From contig JBMTFA010000002.1 of the NCBI GenBank assembly GCA_049433705.1, forward strand, positions 1 through 49,418: a DNA stretch of 49,418 nt. Reading direction: 5' to 3'. The number at the start of each line of letters is the position of its first letter. The first letter of the stretch is position 1. The notes below the pieces were generated by a model, which was not told the DNA's origin, did not search any database, and worked only from the letters and a program-made list of their open reading frames with translations. The stretch comes from Bacilli bacterium (lineage in GTDB: Bacteria > Bacillota_I > Bacilli_A > RFN20 > CAG-826). Position numbers and translations under genes: made by a program. Positions 9,670 to 17,809 of the stretch are shown piece by piece.

Positions 9670-10896
9670 ATGATCATCTTTGAAGAATTACGCTTACGCG
9701 GTCTAGTCAAGGATGTGTCTAATCCTGAAGAAGTCACGCAATTATTAGCAACACCGACCACGATTTATTGTGGTTTTGATCCTTCTGCGGTTTCGATGCA
9801 TTTAGGCAACTTTGTGCAAATTTCCATCTTGATGCGGTTACAACAAGCTGGACATCGCATCATTGCCGTTGTCGGTGGCGCGACCGGGATGATCGGCGAT
9901 CCTTCTGGCAAAAGTAAAGAAAGAAATTTACTGACGCCGGATGCATTAAAACAAAATACCGCGGCGATTCGTCGCCAGTTAGAAAAGTATTTGGATTTTT
10001 CCAAGCCAGAACGGGGCATCGTCGTCAATAATTATGATTGGTTAGGCCAATTATCGATGATTGATTATTTAAGGGATTATGGGAAATACTTCCCGATTAA
10101 TTTTATGTTGGCGAAAGATGTGGTCGCCAATCGGTTAGAAACTGGATTATCGTATACAGAATTTTCTTATATGTTGTTACAATCGATTGATTTTTTACAT
10201 TTATATCGCCATCAGCAATGCCGCTTACAATTCGGTGGATCCGATCAATGGGGAAACTTAACCAGTGGATTAGAATTGATTCGGAAGGTGGAAGGCAATG
10301 ATGCAAAAGTCGGTGTCCTAACAACCCCGTTAATTACGCGAAGTGATGGTAAAAAATTTGGTAAATCTGAGGATGGCGCTTTATTTTTAGATCCTTCCCT
10401 AACTTCACCATACGCCATCTATCAGTATTTTTACAATGTCGGTGACGCCGATGCAATTCCCTATTTGAAAGTCTTTTCTTTTGAAGATCTTGCCACGATT
10501 GCAGCGATCGAAAAAGAACACCAAGTAGGTCTTGGTCAACGCATTGCCCAAAAGCGCTTAGCGCAATCGGTGGTCACCACGTTGCATGGAGAAGCAGCTT
10601 TTCTGGAAGCAAAGATGATGTCAGAAGTGTTATTCACCGGTCAATTTAAATCCCTAACCGAAGCACAATTACTCGCTGTGCTTGGATCATTAAAAATAAC
10701 CTTATCACCTGGCGCCCTTTTAGAAGATGCCTTGATTCAAACCAAAGCCGCTACCAGTAAACGGGAAGCGCGTGAATTTATTCAAGGTCAATCCATTAGT
10801 ATCAATGGTGAGGTCGTTAATTCGCTTACCTACACTTTACAAGCTAGCCAAGCATTATTTGGTAAATATCTCGTGTTACGCCGCGGAAAAAAATAG
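9670..10896 (+). CDS. tyrS: tyrosyl-tRNA synthetase
   Basis: 408 aa with the HIGH-type motif MHLGN, the KMSKS-type KFGKS motif and a C-terminal S4-like domain. Confidence 0.95.
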   Translation: MIIFEELRLRGLVKDVSNPEEVTQLLATPTTIYCGFDPSAVSMHLGNFVQISILMRLQQAGHRIIAVVGGATGMIGDPSGKSKERNLLTPDALKQNTAAIRRQLEKYLDFSKPERGIVVNNYDWLGQLSMIDYLRDYGKYFPINFMLAKDVVANRLETGLSYTEFSYMLLQSIDFLHLYRHQQCRLQFGGSDQWGNLTSGLELIRKVEGNDAKVGVLTTPLITRSDGKKFGKSEDGALFLDPSLTSPYAIYQYFYNVGDADAIPYLKVFSFEDLATIAAIEKEHQVGLGQRIAQKRLAQSVVTTLHGEAAFLEAKMMSEVLFTGQFKSLTEAQLLAVLGSLKITLSPGALLEDALIQTKAATSKREAREFIQGQSISINGEVVNSLTYTLQASQALFGKYLVLRRGKK

Positions 10897-10930
10897 TATA
10901 GTTTAATCGAGTTACAATAAACCAAAGATA

Positions 10931-10960
10931 AAAAAAGCTTGGGATAACCCAAGCTTTTTA
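10931..10960. terminator. bidirectional rho-independent terminator between tyrS and rpsD
   Basis: Stem AGCTTGGG (10936-10943), loop ATAA, stem CCCAAGCT (10948-10955). It is flanked by an A-run upstream and a T-run downstream. Confidence 0.8.
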
Positions 10961-10981
10961 GTTTGCAGAAGAAGGTGAGGA

Positions 10982-11587
10982 TTACAACAAGCGGTTATAG
11001 TATTCAACGATTTGCGCTTCGTTAATGTCTTGGGGTAATTCTTTACGTTCTGGTAAGCGGCCAAAGACACCGGATAATTTTTCTTTATCGACGGTGACGT
11101 AGGCTAACGTGCCTGCGTTGCTTGCTAAAGAGGCTTTGATCGCAACTAAATTCTTGCTCTTTTCACCGACCGCAATCACATCATTCACTTTGCATAAATA
11201 GCTAGGAATGTCGATTTTGGCACCATTGACGGTGATGTGACCATGATTTACTAATTGTCTAGCCGCTTTACGGGTTTTCGCAAACCCTAAACGGAAGACA
11301 AGGTTGTCTAACCGGGATTCAAGAATTTGCATGAAGGCAACACCGGTAACATCTTTACTCTTTAACGCGATTAAGAATAAGCGACGGAATTGGCGTTCAT
11401 TGACACCATAAGTAAAGCGTAATTTTTGCTTTTCTAAAAGTTGCTTCCCGTATTCGGAAGGTTTCTTTTTCCGGCCTTGACCATGTTGACCAGGACCATA
11501 AGGACGTTTGGCTAATTCCTTACCCGTTTCTAAAGTCGAAAATCCTAAACGACGCGAACGTTTCCAATCTGAGCCACGAAATCTCAT
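10982..11587 (-). CDS. rpsD: 30S ribosomal protein S4
   Basis: 201 aa starting [15 protein letters not shown], with an S4 RNA-binding domain. Confidence 0.97.
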   Translation of the reverse strand: MRFRGSDWKRSRRLGFSTLETGKELAKRPYGPGQHGQGRKKKPSEYGKQLLEKQKLRFTYGVNERQFRRLFLIALKSKDVTGVAFMQILESRLDNLVFRLGFAKTRKAARQLVNHGHITVNGAKIDIPSYLCKVNDVIAVGEKSKNLVAIKASLASNAGTLAYVTVDKEKLSGVFGRLPERKELPQDINEAQIVEYYNRLL

Positions 11588-11775
11588 GAGATATGTAATC
11601 TCCTTTCTTTATTGCAGACATAAAGCTAGGTGCAAGTTCCACGCTTCGGATGCTAAGATGCATTTCGCCTCTAAGCGGAGGTTACTTTGTTCCATTGGTC
11701 TTAGCGGTCGGACAAGCGGTACATGCATGCTTTGACATGCCTTATCACTATACAAAAACCTATCTGTTATGTCAA
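11588..11775 (-). promoter_or_regulatory. rpsD promoter plus a roughly 150-nt structured 5' leader (candidate S4 autoregulatory leader)
   Basis: On the minus strand: TTGACA (11775-11770), a 17-nt spacer, then TATAGT (11752-11747). A long untranslated leader with several GC stems (for example CCTCCGCTTAGAGG) precedes the AAAGGAG SD. Confidence 0.5.
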
Positions 11776-11823
11776 TCATCGCAACTTAAATGAATATGTT
11801 ATATTGAATTTGTTAACCCAGTC

Positions 11824-13440
11824 ATGATCTTTATCAAAAAACCTTTTCAAGAATTAGAAAAACGGTATCAAGATACCCACGCGCTTTTCTTTGTCCAAGC
11901 AGAAGCGATTTATCAACGTTTGGAAAAGATTTCCAAGCATAATCTTGAATATTTTAGCTATTTTGAAAATATTCGTAAGACTTACGACATGATTAAAGCA
12001 GAACTCGATAGCAAGGCCAAAGACCAATTAAGTAAACTTTCGCTTTATGTCAAAGACAACCAAGCGAAAGCCTTTACTGCCCTTTATCAACCAACCAAGA
12101 TTACCATAGACGTGTTTGAAAGTGCAGTGAAAAAGTTAATGGGTGAATTAACCCGGATTATGAAGCCTGAAGAAGATACCAAAGTCCAAATTGCGGATAT
12201 CAAAGAGTTGATACGCCATTTACGGTCAGAATACTTTGCCAAAAACACCCAACTTGTCTTGGTAGAAACCCAATTTACCAATTTGTTCAAGTTTGTTGAT
12301 GATGAGATCAACCACATCGAACACAAAATGGATGCGGGTGAGTATGAAGACATCCAAGTCATGATTGGCAAGATGACCAAGATTCTCAAAAAGGTCTTGG
12401 GATTAATTGATGAACTACCTCGCATCTGTGTCTTGGTGGCGAATGTCATTCCTGAAAAAGTAAAGGCTTTATCGGACGCCGCAGAGGCGATGCAAAAACA
12501 AGGTTATCCCCTCCATCATTTACTCATTAAAGACACGTTAACCAAAGCCAAAGATGAATTAGAACGGATGCAAAATCGCATTGCCGTTTTTGATATTACC
12601 GGTATGGAAACCACTTTAAACACTATCGGAGATAAATTAGAAAGTTTCTATCCTCTCTTTGAACAAGAAAAAGCTGCCAAAATTACTTTTGATCGTGATT
12701 ATGAGGCCACCTATGAAGCGGTGAATAACTTAGAAAGACGCTTCTCGAAACTGAATTCAGGTTTACCAAAAATTAAAGAAATCTATGTGCTTGAGCATGC
12801 TCGTTTAACGGAAGTTGAATCCATCAAAGAATTAATTTCTCGCCTCAATCAAACCAAGCGTGGCCTAGACACCCTCGTGCTCGCTGGCACCAAACAACCC
12901 TATACGTTACAAGTCGATAAAATCAATGTCTTAAAAAAAGAAGCAGAAGTGGGCGAAGCAAAACTCGATGAGTTTAGTCGCTATCTTGCTTCCTTAAAAG
13001 CTCAATCGCAAGAAGCTTATGCGTCGGTCAACCAATACTTCCTCCAATTTAAAGATGCGGAAAAAGCTTTAGATGATTTACACATGCAAATGCTTACCGA
13101 ACAATATGATGGTCAACTCACGAGCTTTTACCAAAATTTAAAATCGATTGTCGATGCCCTTAATGCCTTACCGATTGATATGAATGTTGTCCAACAAAAC
13201 CTGCAAGCGGTCAAACAAGATGGCCAAGCGCTCGTTCAAAAAATCCATGCGACAATCAAACTTGCGGTAGAAACCGAAAAGATGTTACTTACCGCGAACA
13301 AAGAACGCCATCGCACCTCGGATAATCAAAGGATTCTTGCCCTTGCCGAACAAGCATTCTTTGAGGGCAAATTTGAACGGGCGTATCAAGAAGCCTCCAA
13401 CCTATTAAAGAAGTTAATTGTTCCTCATCAAGGCAAATAA
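11824..13440 (+). CDS. ezrA: septation ring formation regulator EzrA homologue (no N-terminal TM helix)
   Basis: 538-aa, highly alpha-helical, coiled-coil-type protein. Its N-terminus IFIKKPFQELEKRY aligns with the juxtamembrane FFRKKIYAEIDRLE region of B. subtilis EzrA. It is divergent from rpsD, as in Bacillus. Confidence 0.7.
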   Translation: MIFIKKPFQELEKRYQDTHALFFVQAEAIYQRLEKISKHNLEYFSYFENIRKTYDMIKAELDSKAKDQLSKLSLYVKDNQAKAFTALYQPTKITIDVFESAVKKLMGELTRIMKPEEDTKVQIADIKELIRHLRSEYFAKNTQLVLVETQFTNLFKFVDDEINHIEHKMDAGEYEDIQVMIGKMTKILKKVLGLIDELPRICVLVANVIPEKVKALSDAAEAMQKQGYPLHHLLIKDTLTKAKDELERMQNRIAVFDITGMETTLNTIGDKLESFYPLFEQEKAAKITFDRDYEATYEAVNNLERRFSKLNSGLPKIKEIYVLEHARLTEVESIKELISRLNQTKRGLDTLVLAGTKQPYTLQVDKINVLKKEAEVGEAKLDEFSRYLASLKAQSQEAYASVNQYFLQFKDAEKALDDLHMQMLTEQYDGQLTSFYQNLKSIVDALNALPIDMNVVQQNLQAVKQDGQALVQKIHATIKLAVETEKMLLTANKERHRTSDNQRILALAEQAFFEGKFERAYQEASNLLKKLIVPHQGK

Positions 13441-13443
13441 AAA

Positions 13444-13470
13444 ACTCGGGATGATGTCCCGAGTTTGATT
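13444..13470. terminator. bidirectional terminator between ezrA and rplT
   Basis: Stem ACTCGGGA (13444-13451), a 5-nt loop, then TCCCGAGT (13457-13464). T-rich on the plus side, and TTTTATT on the minus-strand side. Confidence 0.75.
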
Positions 13471-13480
13471 AGTGATCGAG

Positions 13481-13837
13481 TTAAGCTTTTAAGCTTTTCT
13501 TCGCCGTTTCTACTAAAGCATTGAAACTGGCTGAATCATTGATGGCTAATTCGGAAAGCATTTTCCGGTTCACGGTAATGCCAGCTTGCTTTAAGCCAAA
13601 CATAAATTGGCTGTAAGACAAGTCATGTAAACGAACGGCCGCGTTAATCCGTTTAATCCATAATTTCCGGAAATCAGATTTAATTTTCCGGCGATCACGG
13701 TAAGCATACATCCGGGCACGCATGACGGCTTGTTTGGCCGTTCTGAACAACCGGTGTCTTGCACCAAAATAACCTTCCGCACGATTTAAAACACGTTTAC
13801 GACGAGCACGACTAACAGTTCCACCTTTAACTCTCAT
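13481..13837 (-). CDS. rplT: 50S ribosomal protein L20
   Basis: 118 aa starting [17 protein letters not shown]. It is the last gene of the infC-rpmI-rplT operon. Confidence 0.97.
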   Translation of the reverse strand: MRVKGGTVSRARRKRVLNRAEGYFGARHRLFRTAKQAVMRARMYAYRDRRKIKSDFRKLWIKRINAAVRLHDLSYSQFMFGLKQAGITVNRKMLSELAINDSASFNALVETAKKSLKA

Positions 13838-13851
13838 GGTTCAATGCCTCC

Positions 13852-14055
13852 TTAGCGACCTAATAAGGCTTTGATCCGTTTGTAATCAGAAGCCGAGATT
13901 TGCCGAGATTTTCTTGCTTGGCGTTTTTGTTTGGTTGACTTGTGACGGGATAAGTGACCGGTATAAGCCGATTTACGAATGAGTTTGCCGCTTTTCGAAA
14001 TGCGAATGCGTTTCATCAACGCCCGTTTGGTTTTTAACTTATATTTTTTAGCCAT
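13852..14055 (-). CDS. rpmI: 50S ribosomal protein L35
   Basis: 67-aa, highly basic protein. Its position between infC and rplT is the conserved one. Confidence 0.95.
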   Translation of the reverse strand: MAKKYKLKTKRALMKRIRISKSGKLIRKSAYTGHLSRHKSTKQKRQARKSRQISASDYKRIKALLGR

Positions 14056-14066
14056 AATCTTTTCCT

Positions 14067-14609
14067 TTATTTTTTCACCGAACTTGCAAGGATGGTTATC
14101 AGTAACTTACCTTCTAATTCTGGTCTTTTTTCTACGACGGAGACGTGCTTAACAGCCTCGATAAATTTATTCACCGTTTCGATTCCGAAGTCTTGGTGTG
14201 CCATTTGTCTACCGCGATAACGGAGCACAAGTTTGACTTTGTCACCTTCTTCGAAGAATCCAATCGCCGCTTTCACTTTGACTTGCAAATCATGGTCACC
14301 AATTTGGGGACTAATTTGCACTTCTTTAATATCGATGATGTGTTGATTTTTTTTGGCTTCTTTCGCTTTCTTTTGTTGTTCGAAGCGATACTTACCATAA
14401 TCGAGGATTTTACACACCGGTGGTTTTGCCCCAGGGGCAACACACAATAAATCTAAGCCAGCTTGTTCAGCGAGTTGATTCGCTTGGTAACTATTCATCA
14501 CCCCAAGTTGTTTACCGTTTTGATCAATGACGAGCACTTGCGCAAAACGAATTTGGTTGTTGACGAGATCACCGTTGTTTCGTTTATCTGGTCTGACGGG
14601 TACATTCAT
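14067..14609 (-). CDS. infC: translation initiation factor IF-3
   Basis: Conserved N- and C-domains (VCKILDYGKYRFEQQKK, KEVQISPQIGDHD). The start is uncertain: ATG at 14609 is given here, and an ATA at 14618 is better spaced from the SD (see findings). The ORF-track GTG at 14627 lies inside the SD. Confidence 0.9.
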   Translation of the reverse strand: MNVPVRPDKRNNGDLVNNQIRFAQVLVIDQNGKQLGVMNSYQANQLAEQAGLDLLCVAPGAKPPVCKILDYGKYRFEQQKKAKEAKKNQHIIDIKEVQISPQIGDHDLQVKVKAAIGFFEEGDKVKLVLRYRGRQMAHQDFGIETVNKFIEAVKHVSVVEKRPELEGKLLITILASSVKK

Positions 14610-14627
14610 GTACGCTATGGGGATCAC

Positions 14628-14793
14628 CTTCCTTTTATGAAATAAAAATGGACGCGAGCAGCGTCCATTCCATAATCTTTAGAAGTTTACTTCTAGCGAT
14701 GGACCCATTCTGAATCAGAATCAGGTGAGAAGCGGACGCCTCTACTTTCTATTTTTACAACGCTTAATATATCACATCATCACGGAAAGTCAA
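14628..14793 (-). promoter_or_regulatory. promoter plus L20-type leader/attenuator of the infC-rpmI-rplT operon
   Basis: On the minus strand: TTGACT (14793-14788), 16 nt, then TGaTATATT (-10 at 14771-14766). The leader ends in the terminator hairpin AUGGACGC-UGCUC-GCGUCCAU (14668-14648) plus UUUUAUU, immediately before the infC SD. An upstream GCGUCC copy (14739-14734) could form an antiterminator. Confidence 0.6.
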
Positions 14794-16710
14794 TTATTCA
14801 ATCCGTAAGCTGATAATATCTGTTACTTCTTTGAGAACTTTGGCGAAAAAGTCATCCATCGAGACGGTAATTTGCTCTTCTGAACCATAAGGACGATAGG
14901 TCACTAGCTTGCCATCGCGTTCTTTGTCGCCAATGACAATCGAGTAAGGAATTTTTTCAATTTGGGCATGGCGAATGCGATACCCTAATTTTTCATTGCT
15001 CGCATCGACTTCCACTCGTAACCCTAAGGCAGAGCCTGCTTTCTTCAAGGCATAACTATAGTCGAGGTGCACACTTTGATTGACGGGTAAAATCTTAATT
15101 TGAACCGGCGCTAACCAAGTGGGAAAGGCTCCCGCATAATGTTCAATCAAAATCCCAATAAAGCGTTCCAGTGATCCATAAACCACGCGGTGGAGCATCA
15201 CCGGACGAACTTTTTCATTTTTATCATTGATGTAGGTGAGATCAAAGCGTTCGGGGTTATTCATATCAAGTTGCACCGTGCCACATTGCCACGTTCTTCC
15301 GACTGAATCTTTTAATTTAAAGTCGAGTTTTGGTCCGTAAAACGCCCCATCGCCAGGATTAATCTTAAACGTTTTTCCCATCGCGGTTAAGGCGTCCCCT
15401 AATGCTTTTTCTGATTTTTCCCACGTTTCGATGGTGCCAATATATTTATTTTCTGGGCGGGTAGAGAGATAAACTTCATAGTCGATATTAAAAACTTTTT
15501 TGTAGAAGAAGTCGAAGAGTTTGACGATTTCTTTCACTTCACTTTCTAATTGTTCAGGCGTGCAATAAATATGCGCGTCATCTTGGGTGAAATTTCTCAC
15601 CCGGAATAAACCGGAAAGGGCGCCACTGGCTTCATGCCGGTGAACACTGCCAAGTTCACCCATGCGAATCGGTAAATCATGATAAGAATGGAAATCATTT
15701 TTATACACGAGCATACTGCCAGGGCAGTTCATCGGCTTGATCGCATATTCTTTTTCATCCACTTCGGAAACATACATGTTGTCCCGATAATTAAACCAGT
15801 GACCGGAGGTTTCCCAAAGTTCTTTTGATAACATCGTTGGGGTTTGCACGAGTTGATAACCCGCCGCACGGTGAACATCAATCCAAAAATTTTCTAAGGT
15901 TTTTCGTAAGACCATGCCCTTGTTGAGCCAGAATGGAAATCCCGGTCCATAATCAGAAATCATAAATAATCCGAGTTCTTTTCCAAGCTTGCGGTGATCA
16001 CGTTTTTTGCGTTCTTCAATAATGGTTAAATAAGCATCTAAATCTTTTTTATTAAAGAAAGCCGTCCCATAGATTCTTGTCAGTTGTTTATTTTTACTAT
16101 CCCCACGCCAATAAGCACCAGCAGTACTGAGTAATTTAAAGTTTTGATTATAACTGGTGTTGACAAAGTGAGGACCTAAACATAAATCCGTAAAGTCACC
16201 TTGGGTATAAGTCGAGATGGTACCGGTTAACGCGTTGATCATTTCCGTTTTATAAGGGTCATCGGCAAACATCTTTATTGCTTCTTGTTGCGAGACTTCT
16301 TTGCGGCGAATCGGAAATGCTTGCTTCGCAAGTTCTAACATTTTTGCTTCGATTTTTGGAAAGTCTTCTTCCGAGATTGGTTGGGGTAAATCCATATCAT
16401 AATAAAAACCTTCATCAATCGCGGGACCAACCCCAAATTTGGTTCCCGGATAAATGGCAATGATTGCTTGGGCGAGCAAGTGCGAGGCATCATGACGAAG
16501 CATCGCAAGTGTCTCTGGATCTTTTTCCGTTAGCAATTTAAATTGACCAGCTTGAGGAATCGGCCAGTATAAATCATAAAGTTGGCCATCTAAACTATAG
16601 GCCAAGACACGTTTGGCTAACGAAGGTGAAATGGCATTGGCGACATCCAATCCGGTTTGTCCAGGTTTAAGTTCCATCACTTTGCCATCGGGTAAGGTTA
16701 TGTTCATCAT
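14794..16710 (-). CDS. thrS: threonyl-tRNA synthetase
   Basis: 638 aa with an N-terminal TGS domain, an editing domain, class II core motifs (FRVRNFTQDDAHIY, GAFYGPKLDF) and an anticodon-binding domain. GGAG lies 6 nt upstream of the ATG. Confidence 0.97.
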   Translation of the reverse strand: MMNITLPDGKVMELKPGQTGLDVANAISPSLAKRVLAYSLDGQLYDLYWPIPQAGQFKLLTEKDPETLAMLRHDASHLLAQAIIAIYPGTKFGVGPAIDEGFYYDMDLPQPISEEDFPKIEAKMLELAKQAFPIRRKEVSQQEAIKMFADDPYKTEMINALTGTISTYTQGDFTDLCLGPHFVNTSYNQNFKLLSTAGAYWRGDSKNKQLTRIYGTAFFNKKDLDAYLTIIEERKKRDHRKLGKELGLFMISDYGPGFPFWLNKGMVLRKTLENFWIDVHRAAGYQLVQTPTMLSKELWETSGHWFNYRDNMYVSEVDEKEYAIKPMNCPGSMLVYKNDFHSYHDLPIRMGELGSVHRHEASGALSGLFRVRNFTQDDAHIYCTPEQLESEVKEIVKLFDFFYKKVFNIDYEVYLSTRPENKYIGTIETWEKSEKALGDALTAMGKTFKINPGDGAFYGPKLDFKLKDSVGRTWQCGTVQLDMNNPERFDLTYINDKNEKVRPVMLHRVVYGSLERFIGILIEHYAGAFPTWLAPVQIKILPVNQSVHLDYSYALKKAGSALGLRVEVDASNEKLGYRIRHAQIEKIPYSIVIGDKERDGKLVTYRPYGSEEQITVSMDDFFAKVLKEVTDIISLRIE

Positions 16711-16972
16711 TTTTTTCTCCTTTAAATAAAAAAACGCCTTTTGATAAGGACGCTTTTGCGCGGTACCACCTTAATTTATATGCGGTTGCATATACGCTTG
16801 ATACCCTTAACGCGAGTGCACGATTGCGTTATCGCAATTGCTCAGAAGTGGTCATGCAAGATTTGGTTCGGTTAAGCTTTCACCGCGGCAACTTAACTCT
16901 CTAAGCGACACAAGGGTCTGCAAAGCTTCTTCAACGCTAAATTCATTATATAACGAATTTAAGGAAGTGCAA
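16711..16972 (-). promoter_or_regulatory. promoter plus T-box leader with Thr specifier (ACC), upstream of thrS
   Basis: On the minus strand: TTGCAC (16972-16967), 16 nt, then TATAAT (16950-16945). An AGAGAG bulge is present, and the specifier context GAACCAA places ACC at 16867-16865. The T-box sequence GGTGGTACCGCGC is at 16770-16758, followed by a terminator stem and a T-run. Confidence 0.85.
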
Positions 16973-17809
16973 TTATTTGGCGGCAAATGCCAAATTCGCT
17001 GCCCCAATCAATCCGGCATCTTGATCGAATTGAGCAAGGGCAAGCTGAATATGGGGAACGGCGGCCTTGAGTAAATCCCAGAAGTGCTGTTTATTTTTTA
17101 ATACCCCACCAGTCAAGATAAAGGCTTGCGGATGATAATAATGATCAACCCATTTGAGAAAGGATGTGACATAGTCAATCCATTGGTTGAAGATTGGCAT
17201 GATCAAAGGGTCACGTTGCCCAACCCGTTCAAAGAAGGTTTTTGAATCAGGAACCGTCATGCCAGCATGTTTCGCTAAATTCACAATCCCTGAACCACTA
17301 GCAACTTTCTCTAATTCTTCATAACCATTCCCAAAAGGGACAAGCATATGGCCAGCTTCTTCAGAACTATGCGCCAGTTGATGCTGACGTATCAACGCCG
17401 CCCCAATTCCGGTAGAAATGGTAATAAAATAACTTGAATCTAACGTTTTACCAAAACCAAGATTACCTTCGGCAACGGCGGCCATGACCGCGTCATTTTT
17501 AATCACAATCGGTACTTGATAGGTCGTTTCTAAAAAACTTTTCAGCGGCACATGTCGAATGCCAATGTTTGGCAAAATATCAATGCCACCTAACGTATCC
17601 ACACGCCCAGGAACCCCACAAGCAATCGCTTTAACCTTTGGTTGAAAAGCAAGAATCGCGTCTATGCTTTTTTTGATTTGTTTTAAAAATGCATCCAAAT
17701 CATTTAAAGGCGTGGGTTCAATGATTACCTTGACGAGTTCAAAGGTTTCATCGACTAAGGCAGCGCGTAAATTGGTGCCGCCAATATCCAAGGCAATCAC
17801 ATAGGTCAT
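16973..17809 (-). CDS. ROK-family sugar kinase (probable glucokinase), lacking the Cys-rich zinc motif
   Basis: 278 aa starting MTYVIALDIGGTNLRAAL (ATP-binding DxGGT), with ACGVPGRVD and EAGHM. ATGA overlap with the pyk stop. Confidence 0.8.
   Translation of the reverse strand: MTYVIALDIGGTNLRAALVDETFELVKVIIEPTPLNDLDAFLKQIKKSIDAILAFQPKVKAIACGVPGRVDTLGGIDILPNIGIRHVPLKSFLETTYQVPIVIKNDAVMAAVAEGNLGFGKTLDSSYFITISTGIGAALIRQHQLAHSSEEAGHMLVPFGNGYEELEKVASGSGIVNLAKHAGMTVPDSKTFFERVGQRDPLIMPIFNQWIDYVTSFLKWVDHYYHPQAFILTGGVLKNKQHFWDLLKAAVPHIQLALAQFDQDAGLIGAANLAFAAK

Noticed and set aside
11508-11735. 75-aa plus-strand ORF spanning the rpsD start and leader.
   Set aside because: It overlaps the rpsD N-terminus and its leader in antisense. 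It has no SD and its product is Cys/Arg-rich nonsense-like sequence. The region is better explained as the rpsD 5' UTR.
14625-14627. GTG at the head of the infC ORF taken as the start codon.
   Set aside because: This GTG is part of the SD sequence GGAAGGTGATC, so no ribosome-binding site could precede it.
16838-17074. 78-aa plus-strand ORF over the thrS leader. Comparable ORFs are the 76-aa minus-strand ORF at 47843-48073 over the ileS leader and the 69-aa ORF at 48201-48410 inside ileS.
   Set aside because: These regions carry clear T-box RNA elements or the ileS coding frame. The ORFs have no translation signals.
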